Source: Geopsychrobacteraceae bacterium (lineage in GTDB: Bacteria > Desulfobacterota > Desulfuromonadia > Desulfuromonadales > Geopsychrobacteraceae). From it: 64,000 nucleotides of DNA. The DNA lies in assembly GCA_963676795.2 (NCBI GenBank), contig CAXXTB010000002.1, positions 448,001 through 512,000 of the forward strand, read 5' to 3'. Positions within the stretch are counted from its first letter, which is position 1. Each line of letters starts with the position of its first letter. The translations under genes were made by a program, and so were the position numbers. A model generated the notes under the pieces. That model was not told the DNA's origin. It saw nothing but the letters and a program-made list of their open reading frames with translations, and made no database searches. Of the stretch, positions 1 through 9,333 are shown in pieces.

Positions 1-534
1 ATTATGGTCGGCGAGATCCGTGATCAGGAAACCGCTGAGATCGTTATCCAGTCGGCTCTGACCGGCCATATGGTTTTCTCCACCCTGCACACCAACGATG
101 CTGCCGGAGCCTTGACCCGCCTGGTCGAGATGGGCGTCGAACCCTTCCTGGCAGCGTCGAGTGTCGTCGGGATCATGGCCCAGCGTCTGGTGCGTCAGAT
201 CTGCCCGCACTGTCGTGAGGAATACCATCCCCCCGAAGAGTTGCTCAAGCAGCTTGGCGATATCAAACTGCCGCTCAATCCGGTTTTCTATCGCGGCCGG
301 GGTTGTGAAAAGTGCATGAATATCGGTTACTGGGGACGGACGGGGATTTACGAACTGCTTCCGGTCGATGACAAGATCCGCGAGCTGCTGCTGAAAAACA
401 TGGATGCGGCGTCGATCCGCAATGAAGCCATCCGCAGAGGGATGCAGCCGCTGCGGGTCGCCGGACTGGTCAAGGCTCTCAAGGGGCAAACCTCTCTGGA
501 AGAGGTCTTGCGGGTCACCCAGGAGGAGGTCTAG
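1..534 (+). CDS. gspE: Type II secretion ATPase GspE, C-terminal part (truncated by window start)
   Basis: MVGEIRD Walker B region, TGH-x-V-x-STLHTND His box, CPHC...CEKC zinc motif; directly followed by gspF. Confidence 0.95.
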   Translation: MMVGEIRDQETAEIVIQSALTGHMVFSTLHTNDAAGALTRLVEMGVEPFLAASSVVGIMAQRLVRQICPHCREEYHPPEELLKQLGDIKLPLNPVFYRGRGCEKCMNIGYWGRTGIYELLPVDDKIRELLLKNMDAASIRNEAIRRGMQPLRVAGLVKALKGQTSLEEVLRVTQEEV

Positions 535-1746
535 GTGGCTCTTTACGAGTATACAGGCCTCAACAGCAAGGGGAAAAAGGTATCCGGGCGGATCGACGGC
601 AGCGGCCGCAGGAGCGTCATGCTCAAGCTGCGCGAACAGCAGATCTTTCCGACCGAGCTTTATGAAACGGCGGCAGAGGAGAAGGTTCAGGGTCGCGGGT
701 TCTCTCTCAAGCGCCGGGTTTCAGCCCTTGAACTCTCTGCCGTGACCCGGCAGATGGCGACATTGCTGAGTGCCGGTCTGCCGCTTGATGAGGTGCTGCA
801 GACGGTCGCGGAGCAGAGTGAACAACCGCTTCTCAATAAAACTCTCTCTTCCGTGCGCGAAGAGGTCATGCAGGGGGAGGCCCTGCACCGCTCCCTGGAG
901 CAGCATAGACGCATTTTCCCCGATGTCTTCATCAATATGGTTCAGGTCGGGGAGAACAGCGGGACGCTGGATCAGGTTCTGCATCGGCTGGCCGATTTTC
1001 TCGATGATCAGGCCAAGATCCGATCCAAGGTCAAGGCTGCCCTGGCCTATCCGGTGTTGATGACCTTTGTCGGGATTGGTGTGCTGGCCTTTCTGTTTGC
1101 GTTCGTTGTGCCGAAGATCACCACGATGCTCACCGAAATGGAAATGGCCTTGCCGTTGCCGACCAAACTGCTGATGGGCTTTACTCACCTGCTGGCCGGC
1201 TGGTGGTGGCTGCTGGTGCTTATTCTGATTGCCGCGGTTTATGCCCTGCTGCGTTATCGCAAGAGCGAGAAAGGGTTGCTCAAGACCGATCGTATCCTGC
1301 TTAAGATGCCGCTCTACGGCAAGCTCCACCTGCTCTTTGTCACCGCCTGGTTCTCCCGCACCCTGGCGACCCTGCTGCAGAGCGGGGTTCCTCTGCTCAG
1401 GGCGCTTGATATCAGCGGTGAACTGCTGAAGAATCGTATTCTCAAGGATGCGATCAGCGATGTGCGCAAGCAGGTGCAGGAGGGCGGATCAATGGCCAGG
1501 GCGCTCAAGCAGGCTGCGGTGTTTCCGCCGATGCTGGCGCAGATTGCTGCCGCCGGCGAGAAAAGCGGTGAGCTGGAATCGATGCTGATGCGTGTCGCGG
1601 AAACCTACGAACACCAGACCGATATGAGCATCACCGGCCTGCTGTCGTTACTTGAACCCCTGCTGATTTTGATCATGGGTGTTGTTGTCGGTTTCGTCGT
1701 GTTGGCAATCCTGTTGCCGATCTTCGAAGCCAGTCAGGGTTTTTAG
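535..1746 (+). CDS. gspF: T2SS inner-membrane platform protein GspF
   Basis: GTG start right after the gspE stop; two GspF/PilC repeats (GENSGTL, GEKSGEL), AYP-TM and LLEP-TM segments. Confidence 0.95.
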   Translation: MALYEYTGLNSKGKKVSGRIDGSGRRSVMLKLREQQIFPTELYETAAEEKVQGRGFSLKRRVSALELSAVTRQMATLLSAGLPLDEVLQTVAEQSEQPLLNKTLSSVREEVMQGEALHRSLEQHRRIFPDVFINMVQVGENSGTLDQVLHRLADFLDDQAKIRSKVKAALAYPVLMTFVGIGVLAFLFAFVVPKITTMLTEMEMALPLPTKLLMGFTHLLAGWWWLLVLILIAAVYALLRYRKSEKGLLKTDRILLKMPLYGKLHLLFVTAWFSRTLATLLQSGVPLLRALDISGELLKNRILKDAISDVRKQVQEGGSMARALKQAAVFPPMLAQIAAAGEKSGELESMLMRVAETYEHQTDMSITGLLSLLEPLLILIMGVVVGFVVLAILLPIFEASQGF

Positions 1747-1795
1747 AGGCCTGTGTTTTTTCCGGAGAATTGTTGCAGACGTCAAGGAGTTGGAA

Positions 1796-2236
1796 ATGAT
1801 GAAGTCGTGTCGTAATCAGCGTGGTTTCACCCTGATTGAAATTATGGTTGTCGTGGTTATTCTCGGTGTCCTGGCGGCGGTCGTCGTGCCGCGACTATTG
1901 AATCGTCCTGATGAAGCGAGGATCACCAAGACCCAGGTTGATATCAAGAAAATCGAAGAAACCCTGGGTATGTTCAAACTGGATAACGGCTATTTCCCCA
2001 CGACGGAACAGGGGCTTATGGCACTGGTCTCCAAGCCCGATACAGGTCGCATTCCGACCAAGTATCCGGACGGCGGCTACCTGAAAAAGGTGCCGGTTGA
2101 CGCCTGGAACAACGAGTACGTTTATCTGTCCCCCGGACTGCATGACAAGGACTTTGATCTGATCTCTTACGGTGCTGACGGTGAGCCCGGTGGTGAAGGA
2201 AGCAATGCGGACATCAACAGCTGGGAGCTCCAGTAA
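1796..2236 (+). CDS. gspG: T2SS major pseudopilin GspG
   Basis: AAGGAG RBS before ATG 1796; prepilin site RG|FTLIEIMVV; YFPTTEQGL, DAWNNEY and SYGADG motifs. Confidence 0.95.
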   Translation: MMKSCRNQRGFTLIEIMVVVVILGVLAAVVVPRLLNRPDEARITKTQVDIKKIEETLGMFKLDNGYFPTTEQGLMALVSKPDTGRIPTKYPDGGYLKKVPVDAWNNEYVYLSPGLHDKDFDLISYGADGEPGGEGSNADINSWELQ

Positions 2237-2723
2237 ATCGGCGGGATTTACCCTGATTGAGCTGGCGATCGTCGTGCTGCTGATCAGCCTCTTCTCTGTC
2301 GCCAGTGTCAGTCTGGTTCTTGACCGGAATCACGGTGATCTGCAGGCGTCGGCCCGGCGACTGGCCGGAGTGGTCAAGTATCTGTTCAACGAAGCCGCTC
2401 TGAACGGTCTGGAACAGCGCCTGATCTATAACCTCGATGACGGGACTTACCGGTCCCAGGAGCTGGATGCCAGCGGCCATCTCTATGATGCCGAGGACCT
2501 GGGGCGTGAGGCCCGCCTGCGGGACGGTATCCGTTTCACCGATGTCAAGGTCTCGGGGCGCGGCTCCTTTTCCAGCGGAGAGGTGACGATCCGGGTTCAT
2601 CCCAGCGGCTGGCTGGAAGAAACGATCGTTCATCTGGCGACGGAAGGCGGCGAGGAACTGACGATGAGAATCAACTCGTTGACCGGTTCGTCAGAAATCT
2701 TTGAAGGCTATCGCTCCTTCTGA
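2205..2723 (+). CDS. gspH: T2SS minor pseudopilin GspH
   Basis: AG|FTLIELAIV N-methylation motif; operon position; start taken as ATG 2205, overlapping the gspG end. Confidence 0.85.
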   Translation: MRTSTAGSSSKSAGFTLIELAIVVLLISLFSVASVSLVLDRNHGDLQASARRLAGVVKYLFNEAALNGLEQRLIYNLDDGTYRSQELDASGHLYDAEDLGREARLRDGIRFTDVKVSGRGSFSSGEVTIRVHPSGWLEETIVHLATEGGEELTMRINSLTGSSEIFEGYRSF

Positions 2724-2752
2724 AAGTGGCAGAGCTAAGGCAGGTCTTGGTC

Positions 2753-3115
2753 ATGGGCGAAGTGAACAGAAAATCGGATGAGCGTGGGTTTACCCTGCTG
2801 GAAGTGATGATCGCTCTGGCGATTATCAGTATCGCCCTGGTGTCCATGCTGGCTCTGGCCAATCGGTCGATCAGCGTCCATGACCGTCTGCAGCGGATGA
2901 CCCAGGCGACTCTGCTGGCGCAGTCGAAAATGGCCGAGGTTGAAAGCGCCGAGGTCGGGGATGCCGATCAGGGCAGTTTCGACGAGCCGTTTGAAAACTA
3001 TCGCTGGCGGGTGCAATACAGCGATACACCGCTGCCTTCAGTGACCATGGTGACCGTCTCTGTCGATTGGGGCGATGCCGATGAGGCTGTGACACTTGAT
3101 TCGTTTATTTTCTAG
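2753..3115 (+). CDS. gspI: T2SS minor pseudopilin GspI
   Basis: RG|FTLLEVMIALAI motif, about 120 aa, YRWRV segment; start uncertain (2726 or 2753). Confidence 0.85.
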   Translation: MGEVNRKSDERGFTLLEVMIALAIISIALVSMLALANRSISVHDRLQRMTQATLLAQSKMAEVESAEVGDADQGSFDEPFENYRWRVQYSDTPLPSVTMVTVSVDWGDADEAVTLDSFIF

Positions 3116-3731
3116 ACAGAGCGGGACCGCGCAGCGGGGCTTCACCCTGATCGAAGTTCTGATGGTTATCGCGATTCTGGCGATTGTCATGTCTTCGCTC
3201 TACGGGATTTTCTCTTCGGTCAGCAGGGCCAAGGAACGCCTCGACTCCGACAGTGAAAGTTACCACCGGGCCCGGGTGATTTTTGATCGGCTTGGCCGGG
3301 AGATTCACGGCGCCTATTACAACTCGGGGGGCGGTGACAGTCACTTCAAGGGGGGGCGTAACGAGGAAGACAGGTTTTATCTGGACTTCAGTACCACAGC
3401 GGTTTCGCCCTTGAGCATCGAAGGGACCGGGTTTGCAATCTTAAGCTACCTGCTGGATGAGGATCCGGAAGCAGATACAGAGGATGAGCTGGTGCTGTTG
3501 CGCACCGAGCAGCCGCTGTTGGGCAGCAATCGCAATGACAATCAGCCGCAGGCGCTGCGTCTGGCACCGGGTATACTGAATATGACGGCCAGTTTTTACG
3601 CGAACGGGACCTGGCAGGAAAATTGGGATTCCACGTCTGCCGGACTGCCGGAGCGGGTCCGGATAGAGCTTCATGTCAGAGACAGTCGTGGTGAGGATGT
3701 GCCGTTTATGACGACTTTTCGTCTGCCTTGA
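3096..3731 (+). CDS. gspJ: T2SS minor pseudopilin GspJ
   Basis: RG|FTLIEVLMV motif; C-terminal W-x3-W...LPERVRI typical of GspJ. Confidence 0.85.
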   Translation: MIRLFSRQSGTAQRGFTLIEVLMVIAILAIVMSSLYGIFSSVSRAKERLDSDSESYHRARVIFDRLGREIHGAYYNSGGGDSHFKGGRNEEDRFYLDFSTTAVSPLSIEGTGFAILSYLLDEDPEADTEDELVLLRTEQPLLGSNRNDNQPQALRLAPGILNMTASFYANGTWQENWDSTSAGLPERVRIELHVRDSRGEDVPFMTTFRLP

Positions 3732-3741
3732 GTGAGGAATC

Positions 3742-4710
3742 ATGAAGCTGCCGGGCTCCAACGAAAAGGGCATGATCCTGTTGCTCGTTCTGCTGATTGT
3801 CGCACTGCTCAGTTCCCTGCTGATGGAACTGGCTTTTTCGACGCTGGTCGATATGCGTCTGACAGAGACCTTCCGTGACAGCACCCGTGGCTACTATCTG
3901 GCCAAGGGGGGGATTGCCGCAGGGCGCATGCTGATCATGGACGACCAGAACGCCTACGACAGCCGTGATGAACAGTGGGCACAAGGGGTCATCGGCTATC
4001 CCGTCGGCGAGGGGAGTGTCAGTATCAGTATCGAGGATCTAGACGGGCACCTGGCTTTGAACGCTCTGGTCAACGGCAACAACCCGCAGACGATCATGGT
4101 CGACCGTTTCTACCGTCTGCTGGTCGCCCTCGATCTTGGCCAGCTGGGCGATCCGGCTGAACTGACTGCCGCCGTGATCGACTGGCTCGACACTGGTGAG
4201 GATAACTACCCGCTGATCAAGACCGATGGGCTCAATCTGCCGGTGGCAGGTGCCGAGAGTGATTACTACCAGGGGCTGGCGAACGGCTACTCGTGCAAGA
4301 ACGGAAGTTTTGAAACCCTGGATGAACTGGCATTGGTCAAGGGTTTTACCCCGGAGGTGATCAGGAAGGTCGCCCCCCATGTCAGCGTCAACGGGGATGT
4401 CCGGATCAATATCAACACGGCGAGCGAGGAGGTGCTGATGGCTCTGGATCAGACGATCGACGCCCAGACAGTCCAGTCGATCGTCAGCTATCGCCAGTCG
4501 ACTCCGATTCGGACGATTGCCGATATCGAAGGAATTCTGTCGACGGAGGTTTACTCGGTGATGAAAAGCCTGGCCAACCAGAAGCTGTTGGGGACCTTGA
4601 GTTCCTATTACCGGATTACCTCGGAAGGGCTGGTCAATGACGGTCGTAGACGGATAACGGCAGAGATATACAAGGGGAGTAACTCCCAACTCTATTTCAA
4701 GGTGGACTAG
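3742..4710 (+). CDS. gspK: T2SS minor pseudopilin GspK
   Basis: KG|MILLLVL leader without Glu5; IDWLD, ELALVKG and ININTAS motifs. Confidence 0.9.
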   Translation: MKLPGSNEKGMILLLVLLIVALLSSLLMELAFSTLVDMRLTETFRDSTRGYYLAKGGIAAGRMLIMDDQNAYDSRDEQWAQGVIGYPVGEGSVSISIEDLDGHLALNALVNGNNPQTIMVDRFYRLLVALDLGQLGDPAELTAAVIDWLDTGEDNYPLIKTDGLNLPVAGAESDYYQGLANGYSCKNGSFETLDELALVKGFTPEVIRKVAPHVSVNGDVRININTASEEVLMALDQTIDAQTVQSIVSYRQSTPIRTIADIEGILSTEVYSVMKSLANQKLLGTLSSYYRITSEGLVNDGRRRITAEIYKGSNSQLYFKVD

Positions 4711-4716
4711 AAGCAG

Positions 4717-6117
4717 ATGAACAAGCGTTATATCGGTCTGGATATCGGTGCCCGCAGAACGCTGCTGGTTGTGCTCGAATACGACAAGGACGAGCTTGTC
4801 GGTATGCACTATCAGGAGAGTCATCAGGAGACCCTGGAAGAGCAGCTGCGCGAGTTGCGTGAAGAGTTTGGCCATCTGCACGCCGGCGACCGGCTGGCGA
4901 CGGTCATTTCGGCACGGAGGGCTTTCGTTCGCAATCTGGATTTCCCTTTCAAGGGGGCCAAAAAGATCGCCGCTGCACTTCCCTTTGCGCTCAATGCCCA
5001 GATCCCGGTCTCTACTGAGGACTGTGCCATGTCTTCCTATCTCATCGGTACGCAGGATGACGGACCGACCCGGGTCAAGGCCGCTGCGATTCCGCGTGAC
5101 GCCCTGACAGGTGTCCTTGATATCTGCGCTCAGGTCGAGATACCGGTCCACGTCGTAGATCTGTCGCCGTTCGGCTACGTAGCCGGGCTGACCCGGGAAC
5201 TGAGTGAGGCGGTACTGATTCTGTCCGGTGAAGATGAAACGACAGTTTCGCTGGTCAAGCAGGGGGCGCTGGTCGATTATCGCCTGATTCCCGGCGGGGC
5301 GAACCTGCTCAACGAGGATAAGGCGGTGGTCATTGAACGGGAAATCAGGGCGCTGTTGAAAAATGCCGGCGAGAAAACTCTGCCGCCTGTCTATCTTTGT
5401 GGTGAAGCAGCCCATGATGAGCTGATGCGTCTGCTGACAGAGCAGGAACTTGAGGTTCAGGAACTGGTTCTGAACCTGGCCGGTGAAGAGATTCCGTCCG
5501 CTTTTGCCCCGGCCGCGGCTATTGCCCTGAGGGCAGCGGCGCTCGGCAAGGAGGGCTCCAGTTTTAACTTCCGTTCGGGAGAGTTTGCCTTAAGCGGAGA
5601 GTGGCAGAAATATCGTTCTCCCCTGATCTTCACCTGCGGACTGATCATCGTCGCCATCCTGATGCTGGCCGTCACCGGCATAACCAGCTATCAGGCCAAG
5701 AACAGCCAGGTCGATGTGCTGCAGAAGGAGATAGAGAGTATCTACCGGCAGACCTTTCCCGAGTCGCGGGTCATTGTTGATGTCCCGCTGCAGATGCAGA
5801 CGGCCTTACGTGATCTAGAAGAACAGAGTGCGCTGGTTGGCGGAGCGCAGATGAGCGTTCTGCAGGTGCTCAAGGGGATTTCCAATCTGCCAGCGGGGCT
5901 GTCGGTTGAACTCCAGGAGTTTTCCTATAATCCGACGGAAACCCGGATTTCGGGGAGTGCGGACTCTTTCGAGCAGGTCAACCAGTTGACGGAGACGCTG
6001 GCCAGATCGCCACTCTTTGCGGAAGTTCGGGTGGCAGACGCGAAGATGTCGGTCAAGGGAGATAAGGTCAACTTCAGGTTGCTTATCATCTATGCAGGAA
6101 CGGGGAGGGGCCAGTGA
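4717..6117 (+). CDS. gspL: T2SS protein GspL (PilM/actin-like cytoplasmic domain, TM, PilN-like domain)
   Basis: IGLDIG N-terminus, NFR-x-GEF before a single TM, operon position. Confidence 0.85.
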   Translation: MNKRYIGLDIGARRTLLVVLEYDKDELVGMHYQESHQETLEEQLRELREEFGHLHAGDRLATVISARRAFVRNLDFPFKGAKKIAAALPFALNAQIPVSTEDCAMSSYLIGTQDDGPTRVKAAAIPRDALTGVLDICAQVEIPVHVVDLSPFGYVAGLTRELSEAVLILSGEDETTVSLVKQGALVDYRLIPGGANLLNEDKAVVIEREIRALLKNAGEKTLPPVYLCGEAAHDELMRLLTEQELEVQELVLNLAGEEIPSAFAPAAAIALRAAALGKEGSSFNFRSGEFALSGEWQKYRSPLIFTCGLIIVAILMLAVTGITSYQAKNSQVDVLQKEIESIYRQTFPESRVIVDVPLQMQTALRDLEEQSALVGGAQMSVLQVLKGISNLPAGLSVELQEFSYNPTETRISGSADSFEQVNQLTETLARSPLFAEVRVADAKMSVKGDKVNFRLLIIYAGTGRGQ

Positions 6118-6650
6118 TCAGCCGATTTGAGCAGTTGGAGAACCGGGAAAAGCTATTTATCATCGGTGGTGGCGTGATCCTGATCGTCATGCTCCTCATC
6201 TATGCGGCCTATATTCCCTATCTGCATGCCATCGAACGGGCCGATAAAAGTATCCAGGTCAAGTTGAAGCAGATTGAGGAGGTCAAGCAGATGCAGCTGG
6301 AGTATCTGGCCCTCAAGGAGCAGCTTGCCAGCCTTGAAAGTCGTCAGGGGCAGGGGAGCCGGCTTTCCGCGCTGACGTTGATCGAAGATCTGGCCTCAAG
6401 GATCGGCAGCCGTGACAATCTGGTCAATATCAGGCCGCAGACGGCCCAGGTTCAGGGCGATTACCGGGTTGAAAATGTCGATGTCCGCTTTGAGCGGATG
6501 CCCCTGGCGCAGCTGGTGCGCCTGCTCAAAGGGCTAGAAACAAGCCAGGGGCAGATTCAGGTCAAGTCTCTTCAGGTTAAGCAGCGCTTTGATGACAAGG
6601 CTCTGATCGATCTGAATATGACCGTGTCTTCATTCAGGAAGAACCAATGA
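6114..6650 (+). CDS. gspM: T2SS protein GspM
   Basis: LENREK followed by TM, coiled coil and ferredoxin-like C-terminus; GTGA overlap with gspL. Confidence 0.85.
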   Translation: MISRFEQLENREKLFIIGGGVILIVMLLIYAAYIPYLHAIERADKSIQVKLKQIEEVKQMQLEYLALKEQLASLESRQGQGSRLSALTLIEDLASRIGSRDNLVNIRPQTAQVQGDYRVENVDVRFERMPLAQLVRLLKGLETSQGQIQVKSLQVKQRFDDKALIDLNMTVSSFRKNQ

Positions 6651-7519
6651 AAACCTTCTCGTTACGTAGAAAGTCGCGAACCACGGGACATTTTTTTCCG
6701 GCCTGGCCGGGATTCCGGCTGAAGGCGGGAGCAGTTCTGCTGTTTCTGGTTGGACTGCTGGTCGGGCTGGTGGTGACCTTTCCTTCGTCGATCATTGAGC
6801 GGCGTCTGGTCAGCCTGGTCGAGGCGGAAGGGCAGGTGCGCATTGAGCAAGGCGCCCTGCGGATCGGTTTTTTCAACATTTATGGCGACAACCTGGTTGT
6901 CCGCCCCAACAGTGCCGACTGGCTGACTGTCGAGGTCGACAGCCTGAAGGTGTCACCGGCATGGCTTTCGCTGTTTGTCCTCAACCCGACGGCAAAGATT
7001 GATATGCGTCTGTGGGGGGGATCGCTCAGGGCCGAGGTCGCAAGTGACGGGGCCATTACCGCGACAGCGACCAATCTCAAATTTTCACTGCCCCTGCAGC
7101 CAGGGAGCAGGTTGAGTTTTTCCGGGACTCTGGTCCGTGGGGAAATCGAAACGATCGTTCCTCTGCGGGAGGAGAGTGCCAGCAGACTCGATCTAACCCT
7201 GGAGAACGGCCAACTCGAGGGGCTGCTCAAAGATATCGCGCTGGGAACCGTCGTCTTGCAGTCGACCGGGCGCGGTGAAGCGTTCCGGGTGCCGACATTC
7301 GTCGCCAATGGCGGTGATTATGCCCTGACTGGTGGCGGTAATCTGCTGCTGAGGCAGGATCTGGCTGAGAGTCGCCTCAATCTGCGGGTCGAGATCCGCC
7401 CCCAGGCGAGTGCGGATCCAGCCATCACCGAATTGCTGGGGCTGGTTGCCAGAGAGCGAAACGACGGAACCTACCAGGTGAGAATCGGCGGCAGCCTCGC
7501 TCAGCCGACAGCGAAGTAG
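6647..7519 (+). CDS. gspN: T2SS protein GspN
   Basis: N-terminal TM followed by FP, beta-rich periplasmic domain; last gene of the operon; ATGA overlap. Confidence 0.75.
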   Translation: MKTFSLRRKSRTTGHFFPAWPGFRLKAGAVLLFLVGLLVGLVVTFPSSIIERRLVSLVEAEGQVRIEQGALRIGFFNIYGDNLVVRPNSADWLTVEVDSLKVSPAWLSLFVLNPTAKIDMRLWGGSLRAEVASDGAITATATNLKFSLPLQPGSRLSFSGTLVRGEIETIVPLREESASRLDLTLENGQLEGLLKDIALGTVVLQSTGRGEAFRVPTFVANGGDYALTGGGNLLLRQDLAESRLNLRVEIRPQASADPAITELLGLVARERNDGTYQVRIGGSLAQPTAK

Positions 7520-7558
7520 GATCTCCATTTGATAAAATGGACTGGATTTATGATGCCA

Positions 7559-8272
7559 TCACTTTTTGTCATTGATGTATCGATAGCCGAGTCCGCGTAC
7601 GGTGCGGAACAGTTTCGGCTTTGATGGATCCTTCTCGAAGTATTTGCGCAGCCGGACGATAAAATTATCGAGTGTCCGTGTTTCCGTTTTTGGCGACATC
7701 CCCCAGGCCTGCTCGAGAAGTTCGCCGCGAGAGAGAACCGCCCCTTCCCGTTCGATAAAAAGCTTGAGGACCTTGACCTCCAGTTCGGTCAGTTCGATGG
7801 TACCGTGCAGGGTTTCAGCCTGACGGGTTTCGAGATCGATGCTGTTTTCACCAAGCCTGATAACCTTGTGCTGGTTTCCGTCCTGGGGCCAGTTGCTTCT
7901 GCGTAGCAGGGCCGCAACCCTGAGAAGAAATTCCTTGAGGTTGAACGGTTTGACCAGGTAGTCGTCTGCACCGCTGCTCAGGCCGGAAATCCTGTCTTCA
8001 GCAGCCCCCCTGGCCGTCAGCATCAGGATCGGAATCTGATTGTTCTGCTGGCGCAGCTCTCTGCAGACCTCAAGGCCGCTGATCCCAGGCAGCATCAGGT
8101 CGAGAACCATGAGAACGTAGTTTTTGTTGGAAATGGCCTGCAGGGCTTCTTCGCCACGGGCAACATGATCGACCTGATAGCCTTCGGCCTTGAGGTTGTA
8201 GATCAGTCCCTGGGCCAGACTGGGTTCGTCTTCAACCAGGAGAATGGGGATCTTTGTGTTTGATTCGGTCAT
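7559..8272 (-). CDS. OmpR/PhoB-family response regulator
   Basis: REC domain (LVEDE, LDLMLP, KPF) plus winged helix (RTLDNFIVRLR, TVRGLGY). Confidence 0.95.
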   Translation of the reverse strand: MTESNTKIPILLVEDEPSLAQGLIYNLKAEGYQVDHVARGEEALQAISNKNYVLMVLDLMLPGISGLEVCRELRQQNNQIPILMLTARGAAEDRISGLSSGADDYLVKPFNLKEFLLRVAALLRRSNWPQDGNQHKVIRLGENSIDLETRQAETLHGTIELTELEVKVLKLFIEREGAVLSRGELLEQAWGMSPKTETRTLDNFIVRLRKYFEKDPSKPKLFRTVRGLGYRYINDKK

Positions 8273-9213
8273 GATTTTTCTACCAGCGGGAAGGTCATGT
8301 GGACAGTTGTTCCCTGATGTCTTCCCGGACTTTCGAGCCAGATTTTTCCGCCGTGGAGGCGAACGAGATTGCGCACGATGAACAGACCGAGACCACTGCC
8401 CCGGATTGTTTTTCCTCCCTCACGAACGCGATAAAACATGTTGAATACCTTTTTCTGGTGGGGCTGGGGGATGCCGCTGCCCTGATCCTTGATGATCAGG
8501 TGAGCATCTCGTCCTTCCCGGAACAGCAGGATGTCGATCACCGGAGGCCCTTCCGAATAGAGGACGGCATTTTCCAGCAGGTTGCGCAGAACAATTTCGA
8601 GGGCATCCTGTTCAAAACGGGCGGAGATACCCTCTTCGATCTCCCAGGAGAGCGAGCCGTCTGTCGGGAAGGAGCGCTGTTCCTTGACCAGGTAGGTTGT
8701 GACAACCTGGGACAGATTGTCCGTTTTCAGGTTGAGCCTGGCCCCTTTGTGTTCAACCCGGCCGGCCGTCAGGAGGTTGTTGATCAGGCCGTCGAGTCTT
8801 TTACAGTCGTTTTCCATCAGACCGATAAACTGATTGAGCTGGGCCGGGTCCGGCTGACGCATCTGGATGGTTTCAAGGTGGAGCTGAAGGGACGCCACGG
8901 GAGATTTGAGCTCGTGGGTGACCTGGTTGATAAAGTGAACCTGCGCTTTGTTCAGGGCGGCCTGACGGCGCCAGTAGATGAAGATGACATAAACGCCGAT
9001 GAGAATCGCCACCAGCAGCAGGATCCCCTCGGTCAGAATCAGCCAGTCGGTCGACTTCGGCAGCCACTGGGTCTGGTAGCGGCTGGCCAGCTCTCGCAGC
9101 TGGCGATGGCGTCCCAGGAACCAGTAGATCCAGAAAATCAGGACCAGTATCCAGAGCACCTGGACCCCGATAAAGGTGAGTAGCGGATGGAATAGTCGGC
9201 GAATAATTTTCAT
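8269..9213 (-). CDS. Sensor histidine kinase with two TMs and a very short linker
   Basis: H box THELKSP, N box NLLENA, DQGSGI and GSGLGL; overlaps the regulator start. Confidence 0.93.
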   Translation of the reverse strand: MKIIRRLFHPLLTFIGVQVLWILVLIFWIYWFLGRHRQLRELASRYQTQWLPKSTDWLILTEGILLLVAILIGVYVIFIYWRRQAALNKAQVHFINQVTHELKSPVASLQLHLETIQMRQPDPAQLNQFIGLMENDCKRLDGLINNLLTAGRVEHKGARLNLKTDNLSQVVTTYLVKEQRSFPTDGSLSWEIEEGISARFEQDALEIVLRNLLENAVLYSEGPPVIDILLFREGRDAHLIIKDQGSGIPQPHQKKVFNMFYRVREGGKTIRGSGLGLFIVRNLVRLHGGKIWLESPGRHQGTTVHMTFPLVEKS

Positions 9214-9258
9214 GTTCAAGGTTATTACCACTGCACCGGCCAGCCGACAAGAGGGTTT

Positions 9259-9275
9259 TTACATAAGTATTACAA
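9259..9275. promoter_or_regulatory. Putative OmpR-family binding site (TTACA direct repeat, 11-bp period)
   Basis: TTACAT-AAGTA-TTACAA between the divergent kinase and nitronate monooxygenase genes. Confidence 0.45.
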
Positions 9276-9333
9276 TCGGGCGGGCGCAGTGCTGCTAGAA
9301 TTCTCCAAACTATTTATGGAGTAAGCTGGTTAT

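Noticed and set aside
4039..5415. 458-aa antisense ORF, and similar long shadows at 13657-14673, 32060-33190, 35542-36732 and 56816-57934
   Set aside because: They lie opposite well-supported genes, lack recognisable motifs, and are expected from GC-rich codon bias.
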